Below are positions 9,092 through 22,199 of a DNA stretch of 64,000 nt, in pieces. Every line of letters starts with the position of its first letter. Within the stretch, counting starts at the first letter, position 1. Both the position numbers and the translations under genes were made by a program. The notes below the pieces were generated by a model. That model was given only the letters and a program-made list of their open reading frames with translations. It was not told the origin of the DNA and did no database searches. This DNA comes from Caecitellus pseudoparvulus (lineage: Eukaryota; Protista; Bigyra: Bicosoecida). The stretch is from positions 293,178 through 357,177 of the forward strand of contig CBFFRQ010000038.1 in assembly GCA_965644315.1 (NCBI GenBank), given 5' to 3'.

Positions 9092-12000
9092 ATGGCTGCC
9101 GCTGCGAGTGGGCCCGCGCAGCTGCGCGTGACTGAAGTGTCCATTGCAGGGAGGTTGCGTCCGAAGCTGTCCAGCGACGATGCCGGCAGCTCAGCGGTGC
9201 AGGTGCAGGCCGATGCCAACACCATCTCGGTGAAGGTGCCAGTGGGCGGCAAGCACCGCAAGTTGAAGCGCTTCGTGTTGGACGTGGCCTTCCCCGCGGA
9301 GTGCGTGGCCTCGGCACCGCACGCTGTACTGAGCTGCGCCACTGCTCCACGCCGCCCTGCGCAGCGTCACACAAGCACAAGTGTACAGGGCAGTGTGTGG
9401 GCGCAAGGTGTCTGAGCTGTTGGGTGGGATAAATGGCCTGGTCATGGCGTACGGGCAGACTGGTGCAGGTGCGTGGGCCGCCGTGTGCAGAGGGCTGCGC
9501 AGCGGGCACTGCTGTGTCTAACCGCTGCCGGCGCAGGGAAGACCTTTACGACGTTTGGGCCGGACATTGACAGTGCAAAGGTGACGGCCACCGATGCATC
9601 TCAGTTGGGGCTGATTCCCCGCGCGATGCACGAGCTGTTCGAGGCGGTGGCCGCCGCATCTGCAGCTCGAGAAGGCGATAACGTTTCGCGTGCGTTTCGT
9701 GTGTCGGTCTGCTACTGTCAAGTGTACATGGGCAAGGTGTACGACCTGCTGCACACATTTGCTGGCCACGGCGGCAGTGTAGAAGGGCATGGACGTGAGA
9801 GAGAGGCCACGCCTCCTCACTTGTCTGTGCGTGAGGGGGAGGGTGGCGTGCCGTTGGTGCAGGGGCTGACGCAGCACATAACAACCGACGTGCACACGAT
9901 CCTGGCGCTGCTGGAGCATGGGGCGCGGTACAAGCGCGTGGATGCGACGGCCCTGAACCGCGCCTCGTCCAGAGGCCACACGCTCTTCCAAGTGCAGCTG
10001 GAGCAGCGCGTGACCTCCAAGACCAGCGGCACAGCCAGCGTCAGCGCAACGTACTTGACGTTTGTGGATCTGGCAGGCAGCGAGCGTGTGAGCAAGACTG
10101 GCGCCTCAGGGCAGGCGCTCAAGGAAGCCAATGACATAAACTCCTCCCTGTCCGCGTTGGGCAGCGCTGTGAGCGCTCTATCTGCAGCCACCGCTTCCGC
10201 CGTCGGACGGGTGGATCTGCGCAGCGGAGGAGGGGGTGGCCCAGGAGGCGACCCCCCCTCCGCGGCACCCGTCACGGGGCACATCCGCTGGCGCGACTCC
10301 AAGTTGACTCGGCTCCTGCACACGACCCTGTGTGGGAGGTGTCTGTCGGGGGAGGTGGCCCGTGGGGGGGCCATATCCACCACCCCCACCTCCTCTCTCT
10401 CCCTCGTACTGACCCTTGCACCCGGCCGTGCCCACGCCAGCGAGTCAGCCTCCACGCTCATGTTCGGGGCCCGGGCCAGAGGGCTGGCCACGCCGGAGGT
10501 GGAGTTGGTGGGCAGTGGATCAGGGGGGGGGGCGTGGAGGGGGGTCCTCCTGGACACCGCCCCCGGCCCAGGCGTGGTGAACGCGGCAGGCGGCAGTGCA
10601 GCCTCTGGCGTGTCGGCCCGCCTGGTGACGCAGCTGCAGAGTCAGCTGGATGAGCTGCGTGACGCGCACCGGACCGCTATGGCTGTCGCAGCGCAGGAGA
10701 AAGAAACGCTCATGGCTGATGCGTTGGCCAGTGCGTCGCGGGCGGAGGCCGCTGAGGGCAGGGCTGCAGCGGCAGCGGCTGCGGCAGAGGAGGCGCGAGC
10801 TGCAGCGGCAGCAGCAGAGGAACGGGCGGAGGTGGCTGAGGCAGCTTTGCGCGACCTTCAATCGCGCTTGGCCCCTGACACCGCCTCTCCTCCACGCAAG
10901 TCAGCCTCCCCGCCCGCCCCTCAGGCAGCAGTGCACCGAGCGGAGCAGGCAGAAGCGGAAGTTGCGTCATTGCAGGCGCGTGTCAGGCGCTTGGAGGAGA
11001 CGGTGACGACCCTGGCAGATTTGCGCAGTGAGGGGGTGGGGGAGGTGTCAGCCGTGTTCGAGCCGCCGCCGCCCCACCGCCATGGGGGTGCCAGCTTGCC
11101 ACGCACGCCCTCCAGGAGCCGAGCGGGGAGTGACGCGGAACAGTACACCGTGTTCCGATCTCCCACGGGGTGGATGTTCCCTGCAGGCAAGTCCCCGCTG
11201 CCCCGGCACCCCCCTCCTGCTGTCCGGGAGGGGCCCTCGCACCCCCACCGGTCTCACCGGGACTCCACCACAGACCTCTCGCACGCCCCCTCCTCTTCCC
11301 TCGTGGCTGCGCTGACGGCAGAGGTGGCCCAACTGCGCAGTGCGCTGGCGGCGGCCCACCCCCCTGCACCCCCCTCAGACCCCCGTCTCCCCCCTCCCTC
11401 CTCACGCCTCTCAGCACTGCAGGCCTTGGCAGCTTCCACAGGGGAGGTTGGGGGGTGGGCCCACCCCCTCCCGGCATGTCGCACCGCCCCCCCCAGCACG
11501 GCAAGGCACGCAGGGCCTCCACACCCCTGGGCCGTGATGCGTTTCACCCTCGTGCGTTGCCAGGCACAGCGTCCCCAGCCACCGCCGACAGTGTAACCGT
11601 GGGAGCAGTTGCCGTGTCAGAAGCGACGACGGCCCAAGCTGCCCTGCAGCCGTGGCAACAAGCAGGGGATGCGGGCCTGCCGGGCAAGGCCTACAAACAA
11701 GAGCGGCCACGACCTAAGGTCGCAGCCCTGCCACCCACTGCAGGCGGTGCTGGGCGTGCTGCTGCAGCGAGCAGCGTTTCTGTGGATGACAGCTGCGGTG
11801 ACCCGCACCACGCCCCCACCGCGCACCCCAGCGCAGCCCCCGTACCGACTCCAGTGACTCAGCCTGGCACAGCAGTGACTCAGCCTGGCACGGCAGTGAC
11901 TCAGCCTGGCCCTGGCATGTCTGTGCATCCCACTGTGCCTGCACGGGCACCCTCCCCCGCTGCCTCCTCCTCCTCCGACAGCATTGAGTCACCAGGTCTG

Positions 12001-12975
12001 CACCCAGCTGCAGCGCCGGGACGGCAACGCAGCATCAGCGTTGACTCCAAGTTGCCTACTCCATCCCCGCAACGCAGGGGCAGTTGGCGGGGTGCACGCC
12101 AAGTGCCGGACGACGACGCCACGCCGCCTGCCGCTGTGAAACGCACCAGCTCTGGGCGCAGGCGCCACAGTGTGGGCAGCGCAAACAAGCGAAGCACAGG
12201 CGCGCAAGGGAGCCGCCTGGAGGTGGGGGCGTCCACTGCCCCTCGACCACCCAAGGTGGGGGCCGCTGTGCCCCCCCCCAAGGCCCCCTCCAAGGCCCCC
12301 TCCAAGGCCCCGCCCAAGGCACTCCTACCCGCGGCACGCGCGAGCCCTGCGGCAACAACAGGGCTGACTCCCCGCCCACCCCCACCGCCCGGCACTGCGT
12401 CCAAGACCAGTCAGCCGAAGGCCGTGCCCCCCCCCCGCGCCACCCCTTCCAGCCCCCCCCAGACTCAGGGGGCCGTCTGCAGTGTGGCCGCACCAGGGTC
12501 ACAGCGAGTGGTGCGTAGGGAGCGACAGGCCGAGCCGTCCAAGGCAGAGGCCTTGTCTGTGTCGGCCACTGGAGCGTTGAGCTCGGGCAGCTCGGCGCGG
12601 CGTCTGCTTCCGCCCGGCGTGTCAGGGGATGAGGGCATGTCCAGTCGGGCTGCATCTGATGCGGAGGTGATGTCGCCGTGGTCCGGCGGAGGCAAGCGTG
12701 GCAGCGCGGTGCTTCGGCGTGTGGACGTCGCCGGCGCCAGCAAGGGGGGTTCCGGCCCCTCAGAGGGGGGGGTGTCCGATGACCCCCTCGCTGCCCTGGG
12801 TCTGGCGGACGTGGAGGTGGCTTTTGGCAGCGAGAGCGAAGCACCGCCCGTGCGAGTAGCAGTGCCGCCTGCCGCCCCACCTTCCCTGGCCGCTCGTCGG
12901 CGGGCCAGCGGCAGCAGTGCCGCCAGCCGTGAACTGCCAGCAACGCTGGGAGGCGGGTTCGGCGCAAACGCGTGA
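9092..12975 (+). CDS. Kinesin motor protein (N-terminal motor, coiled coil, long Pro/Ala/Ser tail); subfamily unassigned
   Basis: GRLRP, MAYGQTGA|GKT P-loop (split by an intron), NRASSRGH switch I, FVDLAGSER switch II, HIRWRDSKLTRLL, STLMFGARA. The join to the last exon near 11447-11591 is unresolved (intron or homopolymer indel). Confidence 0.85.
11854..11910 (+). repeat. 21-bp tandem repeat, ~2.7 copies (VTQPGTA), in the kinesin tail
   Basis: GTGACTCAGCCTGGCAC(A/G)GCA repeated in tandem. Confidence 0.9.
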
Positions 12976-13183
12976 GGCGCTGGAGCAGGGGCGGCTGCCC
13001 TGCAATTCAAAGTGCACAGCCACACATCATAGAAGGTAGTGTCAAGCTTGCGTTTATCTGCTCGGTAGATTTCCACGCGCATCCCTCGCCACTGGCCCGT
13101 GTGTTTGGAGCAGAGGCAAGCGGCGAGAGCCAGCCAGCAGCACCTGAGCGCTTGGCAGCGCCACGAGCGACAGAAGGCTCACC

Positions 13184-15961
13184 ATGCCGAGCAGGGCCGT
13201 GAAAGTCGCCATTCGCACACGCCCCACGGCGGTGTTTGCCGCTGAGAACATCTCCATTCCCTCCGATGGCAAGGTGGGTGCCAAGTGCGGTATTTGCAAC
13301 CCCGCGCGATGACAGCTCGGCACGCATGCCTTGCTCCCGCCTCCAGAGCATCAACGTGCAGCTGCAGGCGTCTGAGGCAGCTGTGAGCAACAAGCAAGAG
13401 CAGTGGGGGTTTAAGTTCAACTCTGTCCTGCACAACACAGGTGCGGCAGGGCGTTGCGGCGTGCCCGGCGCACTGGCCTTCACGCCTGGCCACCCCCTCC
13501 CCACACAGACCAGGAGCAGGTGTACGAGAGCCTGGCACAGCCCATCGTGAGGGAGTTCATGGCCGGCACAAACGGCTGCATCATGGCGTATGGTCAGACT
13601 GGCGCTGGGAAGACCTTTACCATGCTGGGCGACACGTCCACGTTCGTGAACCGTGGCGTGGCTCCCCGAGCCATCGGGCAGGTGTTTGCAGACATTGACA
13701 GCAAGCCCGAGACAGACTTCACCGTGCACTGCAGCTACCTGGAGATCTACAATGAGCGCATTTATGACTTGCTGCTGCCGCCAGGCTCCGCCCCCGCTGG
13801 TGACTACGCGCTCGTGGAGGACAGCTCAGGTGCAGTGCACGTGCGCGGTCTAACGCAGCAGGAGGTGGCGAGCGAAGAGGAGGCGCTGCACGCGCTGTTC
13901 GTGGGGGAGGCCAACCGCACGACAGCGCAGCACTTGCTGAACCAGCACTCCAACCGTTCCCATTGCATTTTCACGCTGCACCTGTCACAGCGCAGTCGGC
14001 TGGGGGCTGGCGAGCGCACCCTCACCTCCAAGCTGTACTTGGTGGACTTGGCGGGGTCGGAGCGGCTGAAGAAGACCATGGCGGCACGTGGGCCCATCGA
14101 CTCCGCCTCCACCGCCGCTGACGCGTTGAGCCGGGAGAGCATGCACATCAACAGGTCCCTTTCATACCTGGAGCAGTGTGTCGTGGCACTCACCTCCCGG
14201 TCACGGCGCCATGTGCCGTACCGCCAAACGCGCCTCACCAACGTGCTGAAGGATGCGCTGGGTGGCAATTGTGCCACCGTTCTCATCGCCTGCATCTGGG
14301 GCGAGGCGGGGCAGCTGGAAGAAACGCTCAGCACGCTGAAGCTGGCAGCACGCATGGCACATGTGAAGGGTCACACCGTAGCAAACGCCAGCACGGACCC
14401 AGCACTCCTGGCACGGCGGTATGAAAAGCAAATCGCCGAGCTGCAGCAGGAGCTGCTCATGCACGACGCGCTGTCTGACCGCGGGCGGGTGGTGTATGGC
14501 GAGTACACGCCGGAGCAGCAGGCGGAAGTAGCCGCCCAATTCCGCGCTTTCGTGGACGCTGGGAGTCGAGAGGCGGAGGAAGCCGCGCTGCCCCTGCAGT
14601 CTGTGCGACAGATGCGAGAGGTTCTGCAGCAAGCCAAGATCCTCGTGAAGCGGCTGGAGAGTGCGCTGTCGGACGGCGCCGCGTCAGCTGCGGCTGCTGC
14701 TGCGTTGGGCGGCAGTGACTCGGCGGGTGGCCGTGCACCCTCCGCTCTCAGCGCGGCATCGGGTGGGGATGGGGAGGGTGCCATGGGCGGCGCCCCCACC
14801 CTGGACATGCAGGGCATGGTGGGGGAGCTGTCTGCTTCAGGTGGGCATGGTGTGGGCTTGGCGCTGGCAGACAGCCGTCCTGAAGTGCTGGCTGCTTCAA
14901 AGGCTGTGGCCGCGGCACGGGGCGGTGGGTCACTCCTGGCCACATCCCCGGCCACGACGCCCCGCGCACGGGGGAGCGGCGGCGCCCACGCTGCAGAGGG
15001 CAAGAGTGGGGACGCTGAGGGCAAGTGGGGGGAGGGGGGTGAAGGGGGGGTGCAGCCCCCCTCGCCCGACCTCACTGACCGTCACAGCGCCTGGGAGTGG
15101 TTTAGGTCACCCCAAGGTGTCGGCTACGCAGCTGCGCGGGAAGTGGAGGAGGCCAGGACTGCCCTGCGCAGCGCCAAGGCGGCCTACCGCGCACACGCCA
15201 AGGACGTGAACGCTTGCAAAGCGGAAATTGACGCCGCCCAGGCCGGCCTGGCGCAGAAGGCCTCTCAGGGGCAGGGACATGCCCCCCTCGCCTCTGCTGG
15301 CGGCGAGGACATCTTGGATGAAGAGGAATTTGCCCTGCGGTCTCAGCTGGCCGAAGCCAAACGTGGGTACAAGGCTGCCTTTGGCCAGATGACCACTGCC
15401 AAGACTGCCATGCGCAGCGCGGAGGCGGAGTTGGAGTCCTCCCGTGAGGCGCTGGTGCGTGGGTTCGAGTCATGGTACAGCGGGCAGGGCGGCGTGGGCA
15501 GTGCACAGGGCTCCCCTCTGCGCCTGGCAGGCTCCTCCACGCTGTCTGTGTCTCCGCTGCCGGGTGCAGGGGACAGCCTGTCATCCACCTGGAGCTCGCC
15601 ACAGCGCCTGGGGCGAGGGGGGCGGTCCCGCACGGGGAGCAGGGGGCGCTCTGCCGCCTACTCCTCGCGGCAGGGCCAGGATACCTCCGCCGCCGTCTCG
15701 GCTGCAGCGGCAACTGCTGCTGCGTTGCTGGGCGCGACGGGAGGGGGGGGTCGCCGTGGGGCGGCAGGGGGAGTGCGGGACGAGAAGGGTGACCTGCTGG
15801 ACGACGGCGAGGCGTTTGAGCGCATGGAGTTCGAGCGAGTGGTGGGAGACGACCCTGGCTCTGTCGCGTACTTTGCGGCGCAGAAGCGCCTGCACGACAC
15901 GCTCAAGGGCACGCGAGTAGCCTCCTCACGCCGCAACGCAGCCAAGCGGCACCTGGCGTGA
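13184..15961 (+). CDS. KIF9: Kinesin-9 family motor (KIF9/KLP1-like, flagellar); 2 introns in the 5' part
   Basis: VKVAIRTRP, GQTGAGKT, LVDLAGSER, HVPYRQTRLT. Also kinesin-9-type post-motor motifs ELLMHDAL...YGEYTPEQ, ILDEEEF...KRGYK and C-terminal DPGSVAYFAAQK. Confidence 0.85.
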
Positions 15962-16145
15962 GGGGAGTCACAGCCGTCACAGCGGAGAAGGCCCTGCAAA
16001 TGTAAACCCTCAGACATTTCACAGGGGCTTGGTCTCCACTTCCAGTGCGCTGGGGAGGGGCGTGTGCAACTCTCTCTGGCGTGCTGGAGCGGTGCAACCA
16101 ATTTCCGCAGGGCACTCCTCTGACTTGACTTTCACCGTGGGAGCC

Positions 16146-17516
16146 ATGGCGTACTTTGCCTGCAGTCCCATGCCAGCCATGCAGAAGCATCTTCGAGAGG
16201 CCTTTGGCGTGGACCAGGGCCTGCAGCTGTCCACTCCCCGTGACCGGCGGTGTCTGTTTGCATGGGCTCCGTTCAACAGGCTGAAGCGGTCTGGCGCACT
16301 GCACCGCAGCCTGCAAGGCTCACTCATCGCGTCATCCTACCTCGTGCACACGACTCTAGTGCACAAAGACCGCCTCCAGGCGGCCCTGGCGCAGCTGCAG
16401 TCGCCTGCTGGCCTCGCCACCGTCCTACTGCCTCCCAGCACCACGCCGGCAGCGAGCAGCACGGGGGGGTCAGACCACCACGACGCAGCTCACGCAGCGT
16501 GGGCAGAGCTGGCCAAGCAGCTGGGGGCCCCGCCCTCCTCGGCCATTCTGAAGCACTCCCGCACCAACAACGCCTTCAACGTCTCCGTGGTGACTTCTCC
16601 CGAACAGCTTGCGACCGCGCTGGAAGGCGCTGATTCTGAGCCAAGTGGTTGCTGGCTGCTGCAGCAGTACGCACCCCGACCCCTCCTCGCGGATGGCTGC
16701 AAATGGACCGCCCGCGTCAACGTCTTGTGCGTTGGCCGGCTCGTTGTGTGTGTGCACGAGGCGGTGGTGGTGCACGTTGCCGGCGTGGCGTGGGACGAGT
16801 CAACCACGTCTGCAGCGCAGCACATCACGAACCACTCCCTCCAAAGCACGATGCCTGGATACTCTAGACAACGTCAGACCAAGTTACTTTCTGAACTTGT
16901 GGAGGGCCGCAGCGTGAAAGTGCGCGGCAAGCCGCTTGCGCTGGACTCTGCCATGCGCGGCGTCGCAAGTGCAGTGCAGGACGTCTGGGCAGCTGCCTGC
17001 CTACCAGGTGGCGCCAAGGGCTTCATGCCCCAAAAGGGCGCCTTTGAAGTGTTTGGCGTGGACCTCCTTCCCTGCCTTAGCGAGGGGGAGGAGGGCGTGC
17101 GGTGGTGCGTTTTGGAAGTGAACGAAGGTCCTGCGCTGGAAGCCCTGGCCCTGCCCAGCCTCAACCGCAGCATTGTGCAGGACACAGTGCAGCTGCTGAC
17201 TTCCATCCAACCTGTGAGCGAACCAGGTGGGGCGTCTTCCACAGCGCCCGCAGCGCACAGTGATGCAACTCATGTGCAGTGGGGTGCTGGGTGCATCCCC
17301 CGCAGCAGCTGGCACATTGTGCTGCACGCGCACAGTCCACTCACCGCCGCTACCCCCCTCGCCCTGCTGGGAGATGCGCTCCTGTCCCCTGAACTGTACG
17401 CATACATGCAGGCCATGCGAGCCGAGGCTGCCGCTGAGGCTGACGAGGCAGATGGCGTCGAAGCTCTGCCAGCTGCTTCGGGGGGCAGTGGAGAGGGGGT
17501 GAGACCCAGCCTGTGA
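16146..17516 (+). CDS. Tubulin-tyrosine ligase-like (TTL/TTLL) ATP-grasp protein
   Basis: VHKDRL, LQQYAPRPLL...KWTARVNVL, HITN, FEVFGVDLL and LEVNEGP motifs of the TTL domain. Intronless. Confidence 0.8.
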   Translation: MAYFACSPMPAMQKHLREAFGVDQGLQLSTPRDRRCLFAWAPFNRLKRSGALHRSLQGSLIASSYLVHTTLVHKDRLQAALAQLQSPAGLATVLLPPSTTPAASSTGGSDHHDAAHAAWAELAKQLGAPPSSAILKHSRTNNAFNVSVVTSPEQLATALEGADSEPSGCWLLQQYAPRPLLADGCKWTARVNVLCVGRLVVCVHEAVVVHVAGVAWDESTTSAAQHITNHSLQSTMPGYSRQRQTKLLSELVEGRSVKVRGKPLALDSAMRGVASAVQDVWAAACLPGGAKGFMPQKGAFEVFGVDLLPCLSEGEEGVRWCVLEVNEGPALEALALPSLNRSIVQDTVQLLTSIQPVSEPGGASSTAPAAHSDATHVQWGAGCIPRSSWHIVLHAHSPLTAATPLALLGDALLSPELYAYMQAMRAEAAAEADEADGVEALPAASGGSGEGVRPSL

Positions 17517-17653
17517 ACACCTGGGACTTCCTACATTACAATTTAAAATTCACCCTCGACTGTTGCTCCTTGCAGTGCGCTGCCTAGGGGGCGGTCATTG
17601 GCGCCTTGCGCTGGCACATTGCCCTGCCTGCAAAGCCAGCCATCTCGTGCAGC

Positions 17654-20600
17654 ATGCCACGGCGAGGTGGGCCGAAGCGCGCGCGCAGCGACCTTGACTC
17701 GGGCGACTCCAGTGACAGTGATGCGGGCGGGCAGGTTCAGGTCAAGGTGGCCCGCGCAGGGACGGCTGCAGCAGGTGCCGGCGAGGCAACGGCAGACACC
17801 GGAGCTGCCCGTGCCGCCAGCTTTGCAGCCATGAATCGAGCTGGGGAGGAGGAGGCAGTGGCAGGAACGTTGCTCAGTGTTGAGCTGTGGAATTTCATGG
17901 TGCACGTGCACTTCAAGCTGGACCTGCACAAGCACGCGAACTTCGTCGTGGGGCTCAATGGCTCTGGTGGGTGTGCGATGCCGAATTCCGCACCTGCGCC
18001 GAGCATGTTTGAAGGTGGTTTCTCCGGCTGGCAGCGCAGTGCCGCGGCAGACTTTCCCCTGATTCTATCCACTATAGTAGTCAAACAGCTCTGTGCACCG
18101 CTTTATTCACGGGAATGCTTCACCTCCGTGCTGCACAGGCAAGTCATCCGTGATGGGCGCGGTGATGGTGGCCCTGGGCAGCAAGCCTGCGAGGGTGCGC
18201 GACGGGGTGTCGAACCGGGGCCAGTTCGTCCGCAACACGTGCACACTTGGTCAGGTGGAGGTGGTGCTGGACAACTCCGGTGCGTGACGGCTCCTTGCGG
18301 CCACTGCTCGCGGCGCATCTCGCCCCGTTGCACAGAGCTCCTTCCTCACACCCCCTGCTCGCAGGCAAGGACGCCTTCAAGCCAGAGTGCTTTGGCCCGC
18401 GCATCATTGTGAGGCGAACCATTTACAAGTGCGTGGCGCGGGAGCCCGCTGCGTGCCTGCTGGCTTGCGTGACCCACCCACCCTGACCTTGCACTGCACA
18501 GATCTGGGCGGGAGGAGCTGCGTATGAGCAGCCAGGGCGCTGTGAACGGCGCGCAGTACGTGGACAAGGCCCCCAGGCGCACCCTGCCTGCCATGTTGGC
18601 CCACTTCAACATCAACATCGAGTCCCCAGCCGTGTCCATGACGCAAGATGACATGAAGATGAAGCTGGGCTCCAGCGACCCCCGCAAGCTGTTCGAGCTG
18701 TTCATGCGTGTGTCTGGGCTGGACGCCAGCTGGCGGAAGATGTGCGACTCGCAGGCCAGCCTCGAGAGCGCCACAAAGTCGTTCGCTGCGTGTGAGATCA
18801 AGTTGAAGAAGGCAGAGGCCGAGCTGCAGGCGGCTAAGTCCCTGCACGAGGGTTGTGCACAGGTGCGTGCAGTTGACCCTGTGGCCTAGGCGGCACTGTC
18901 CGTCAGTGACGGCACCCAGGCTGTACACCAACTTTCCTTCCTTGCTCGCACAGTTCCACGAGATGGAGGGTCGCATCGAGGCGCAAAGAGTCGTCACCAG
19001 CACGGTGCAAGCGCTGGCTGAGTTGCAGCGTCCCATTGCGGATGCGGAGAAGGCCGTGGACAAGGCAAACGCCGAGAAGGATGTGCAACAGCATGTGTTT
19101 GACAAAGCTAAATATCACTTTGACGCCCTGGACAAGGAGTTGGAGGCAAAGAAGTGCGTTTGCAGCGCAGTCGACGTGTAGCGACGGGCCCGCAGTACTG
19201 TGAGCCTCCCGGTGCGCAGAGAGGAAGCGGAGGCGGCCAAGGCTGAACTGCAGAGCATCCGGGAGCAGCTAGCATCGTTTCACGCGGAGAAAGAGCACGC
19301 CAAGTCAAAGACCTCCAAGCTGCAGGAGGAGGTGAAGCGGTGCCGCGAAAACGTCCGGACGAAGCGGAGCGCAGTGTCCACTGCTGGGCAAGAGCTCAAA
19401 CTTGCCCAAGAGGCTGCCAAGGCTTCCTCAGAGTACCAAGCTGCACTGGACGCGTACCATGCTGAGATTCAGGAACTGCAAGCTGGCGTGCGCAGCGCTG
19501 TAGGTGCCACGCAGAGCAGGCCGCCCGCACATGCACATGTCTGCACTCTAACTTGCCACTGCTGTTGCAGGGTGTTGCCCTGGCAGACAAGAAAGCTGAG
19601 TTGTCAGAGGCAGAAAAGGAACAGGAAGAGCAGCAAGCAGCAATCAAGGACCATGAAGTGACGGTGAAGAGCCTCAAAGTTGATGCCGCTCGGTACGTTG
19701 TGCGGAGTGGGCTGCTGCGTGTCACTCCTTCACGTCTGTGTCGCCTCCTGTCACAGAATCAAGCAAGAGATCGACGTGCTGGTGAACCCCACGTCCAGAG
19801 GCCGGGGTGCTGCCATGCAGGCTGCTGCAGCCCACGCTTCGGACCCGCGCATGTTGCCGTTCCCGCGCAGCGTGCAGGAGGCGAGGAAAATCATACAGCG
19901 GGAGGCGGCAGCCTTCTCGGAGCCACCCGTCGGACCCGTGGGGCGGTACCTGTCCGTGCAAGGTGACGATTCACACCTGTGAGTGAGCCGTGTCCGACGA
20001 TTGTTTCCTGGTGCTTCACCGCCACAGTGCACGCTGTGTCACAGCGCTCGCCCGTTGACTGGCTGGCTAGGGAGGTTTTCCCAGGTGTTCTTGGTGAACA
20101 CTCCACAAGACCAGGCCACGTTGTTCGAGCTCCTCAAGCGCCACAAGTTGTCAAGGGTTGCTGTGCAGGTGTACCCCAAGTCAACGTCGTGCGTGATGCG
20201 TTTCGCCGCGTCGAGCGCCTCCCACGGGCATCCTCGGCGTGCTCACTTTCCCCGCCTCCCCACCCTGCGCGCGACAGAGTGGACATTGCCAAGCACCTGC
20301 GGCCAGGTACCCTTGCTGAGAAGATCCTTGTGGAAGACACATGGGTGCACACAGCTCTGCTGGACTTCCGCATGCCTGGTGAAGTAGTCTACGCAGGGAG
20401 CAAAGCAGAGGCGTCCCGAATCATGAAGGGGGAGCAGTCAGTGCCATCCGGTGTGTGCAGCATCCTCACAGACACAGCCCTGCGCCGGCGGAATGCCAAG
20501 GGTCACTGGACGTCCAGTGCCTTTGGCTCGGAACGCCCCGTCGTCCACGTGTCAGTTGAGGCTCAAGTTGCCGCGTTGCGGGAGGAGCTGGCGGGCAACG

Positions 20601-22106
20601 CAGAAGCGCAGACACAGGTGAGGCGCGCACACTGGAGGCCTTCCATTCACACGTCCACCGCGCGCATGTCCAATAGAGCTGGCATGTCCACCCCCTTCCC
20701 TCGCTTGCGCAGGCGGCTGTTCAGCTGCGGGAGCTGCGCGCCGCGGCCAAGGCGGCCATTGCCAAGCGGTCGCAGATAAACAGGGAGTATGACGCGCTGG
20801 AGTCCAGCAAGCGTGGCGCACAAGCCCGCCTGGAAGGCAAGCGGCAGGAGGGCGAGCCGCCCAAGCCACCCCAGCAAAGCGCGCTGGAAGCAGCGCTCCA
20901 AGCAGCACAAGATGCGCTAGAGGAGGCTGACCAAATGGAGCACCTGGCACGCAAGGAGCTGCACAAGACCGAAGGGCGACTCACCAAGCAGGAGAGCGTG
21001 CTGGTCAGTTTGTCCCGCAAGGTGGAGCGCTTGCAGAGTCGAGCTGACAAGCTGGACCCGGCTCGCCTTGCAGCTGCGCGGGACAAACTGCTGGCCAAAA
21101 CGCAGCAAGCTGTGGCGGAGTGCGACGAGGCGAACAAGGCCGTCTTGGAGCTCACCATGGCTCGTGATGCTGCGCTGGCAGAGCTGGGCGAGCTCAAGAG
21201 CAAGGTCGAGGTGAGCATGATTCAGCACTGCATCCTGGTTGGTGCAGCCAGCAAATGTTCCGCATTTCCCCTTCCGCGCAGGACACACTGGCATCCACGG
21301 CAGCAGAGGCAGGCTGGTCTGCCACAAAGATGGAGGAGGTGCGGGGCATGACGCTCCGGGCGGCAGAGGAGGAGCTGCAAGGCATGCTTGCGCAGCAAGC
21401 CAAGGTGAAGCGCGCCATGGAGCGCGACGGCTTGGACGTGGAGAAACTGGCGCGGAAGGTGGCGCGGAAGCAGGAAGTGTACGACGAGACGCAGGCGTCC
21501 TACGCAGCGCTGCAGGACACGCTGGGCAGCCTGCGAGTGTCTGTGGCGCAGCGCAAGCGCAAGTGGCAGGCGCTGTTCGACAGCACCTCCGAGCGCTTCA
21601 TCGACACGTTTTCCGCGTACATGTCCAAGCGCGGGCACTTCGGCCTCGCACGCATCGAAGTGGACCCTGCCGCTGGGGGGGATGCACACAGTCGAGGCGG
21701 CAGCCTCACGCTGTCCGTGGCGCCCGACTGCCATTCTCGCAGAGCGGACTTCGCGCGCCTGACGCAGGGGCCGGAGGAGGAATCGGAAGACCGCAGCGCG
21801 TCACAGTTCGCAGATATGGGCGCGCTGTCGGGAGGGGAGAAGTCGTTTTGCAAGGTGGCCTTCGTCTCTGCGCTGTGGGAGTGCGTGGAAGTGCCGTTTG
21901 TCATGCTGGACGAGTTCGACGTGTTCATGGACGAAGCCACGCGCACTGAGGCGATGAAGCAGCTCCTGCGCAACGCAGCACACATGCAGGGCCAGCGGCA
22001 GTTCCTATTCATCACTCCGCATGACATCTCCTCTGCCGTCCCCGCGTCCGACGACTTCGTCAAAGTGTACCGCATCGGCCCCGCCAACGCCGGCGCCGCA
22101 CAGTGA
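17654..22106 (+). CDS. SMC6: Structural maintenance of chromosomes protein 6 (multi-exon)
   Basis: N-terminal LWNFMVH...VVGLNGS|GKSSVM Walker A, MTQD Q-loop, hinge PPVGPVG, long coiled coils. C-terminal LSGGEKSF signature, MLDEFDVFMD Walker B and QFLFITP. Confidence 0.9.
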
Positions 22107-22199
22107 CTTGCCGGCCAGTCAGGCCGCTGGCGCACAACGCAAAGTGCAGCATGATGAGTGCAGATGCGCCTGTGGGGTGCTGCTTGCCCCTCGGCTGCC

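Noticed and set aside
11854-12320. Short direct repeats (21-mer; CCCAAGGCCCCC-like units) as a possible CRISPR or regulatory array
   Set aside because: No unique spacers; they are in-frame low-complexity peptide repeats (VTQPGTA, KAPS) in a eukaryotic gene.
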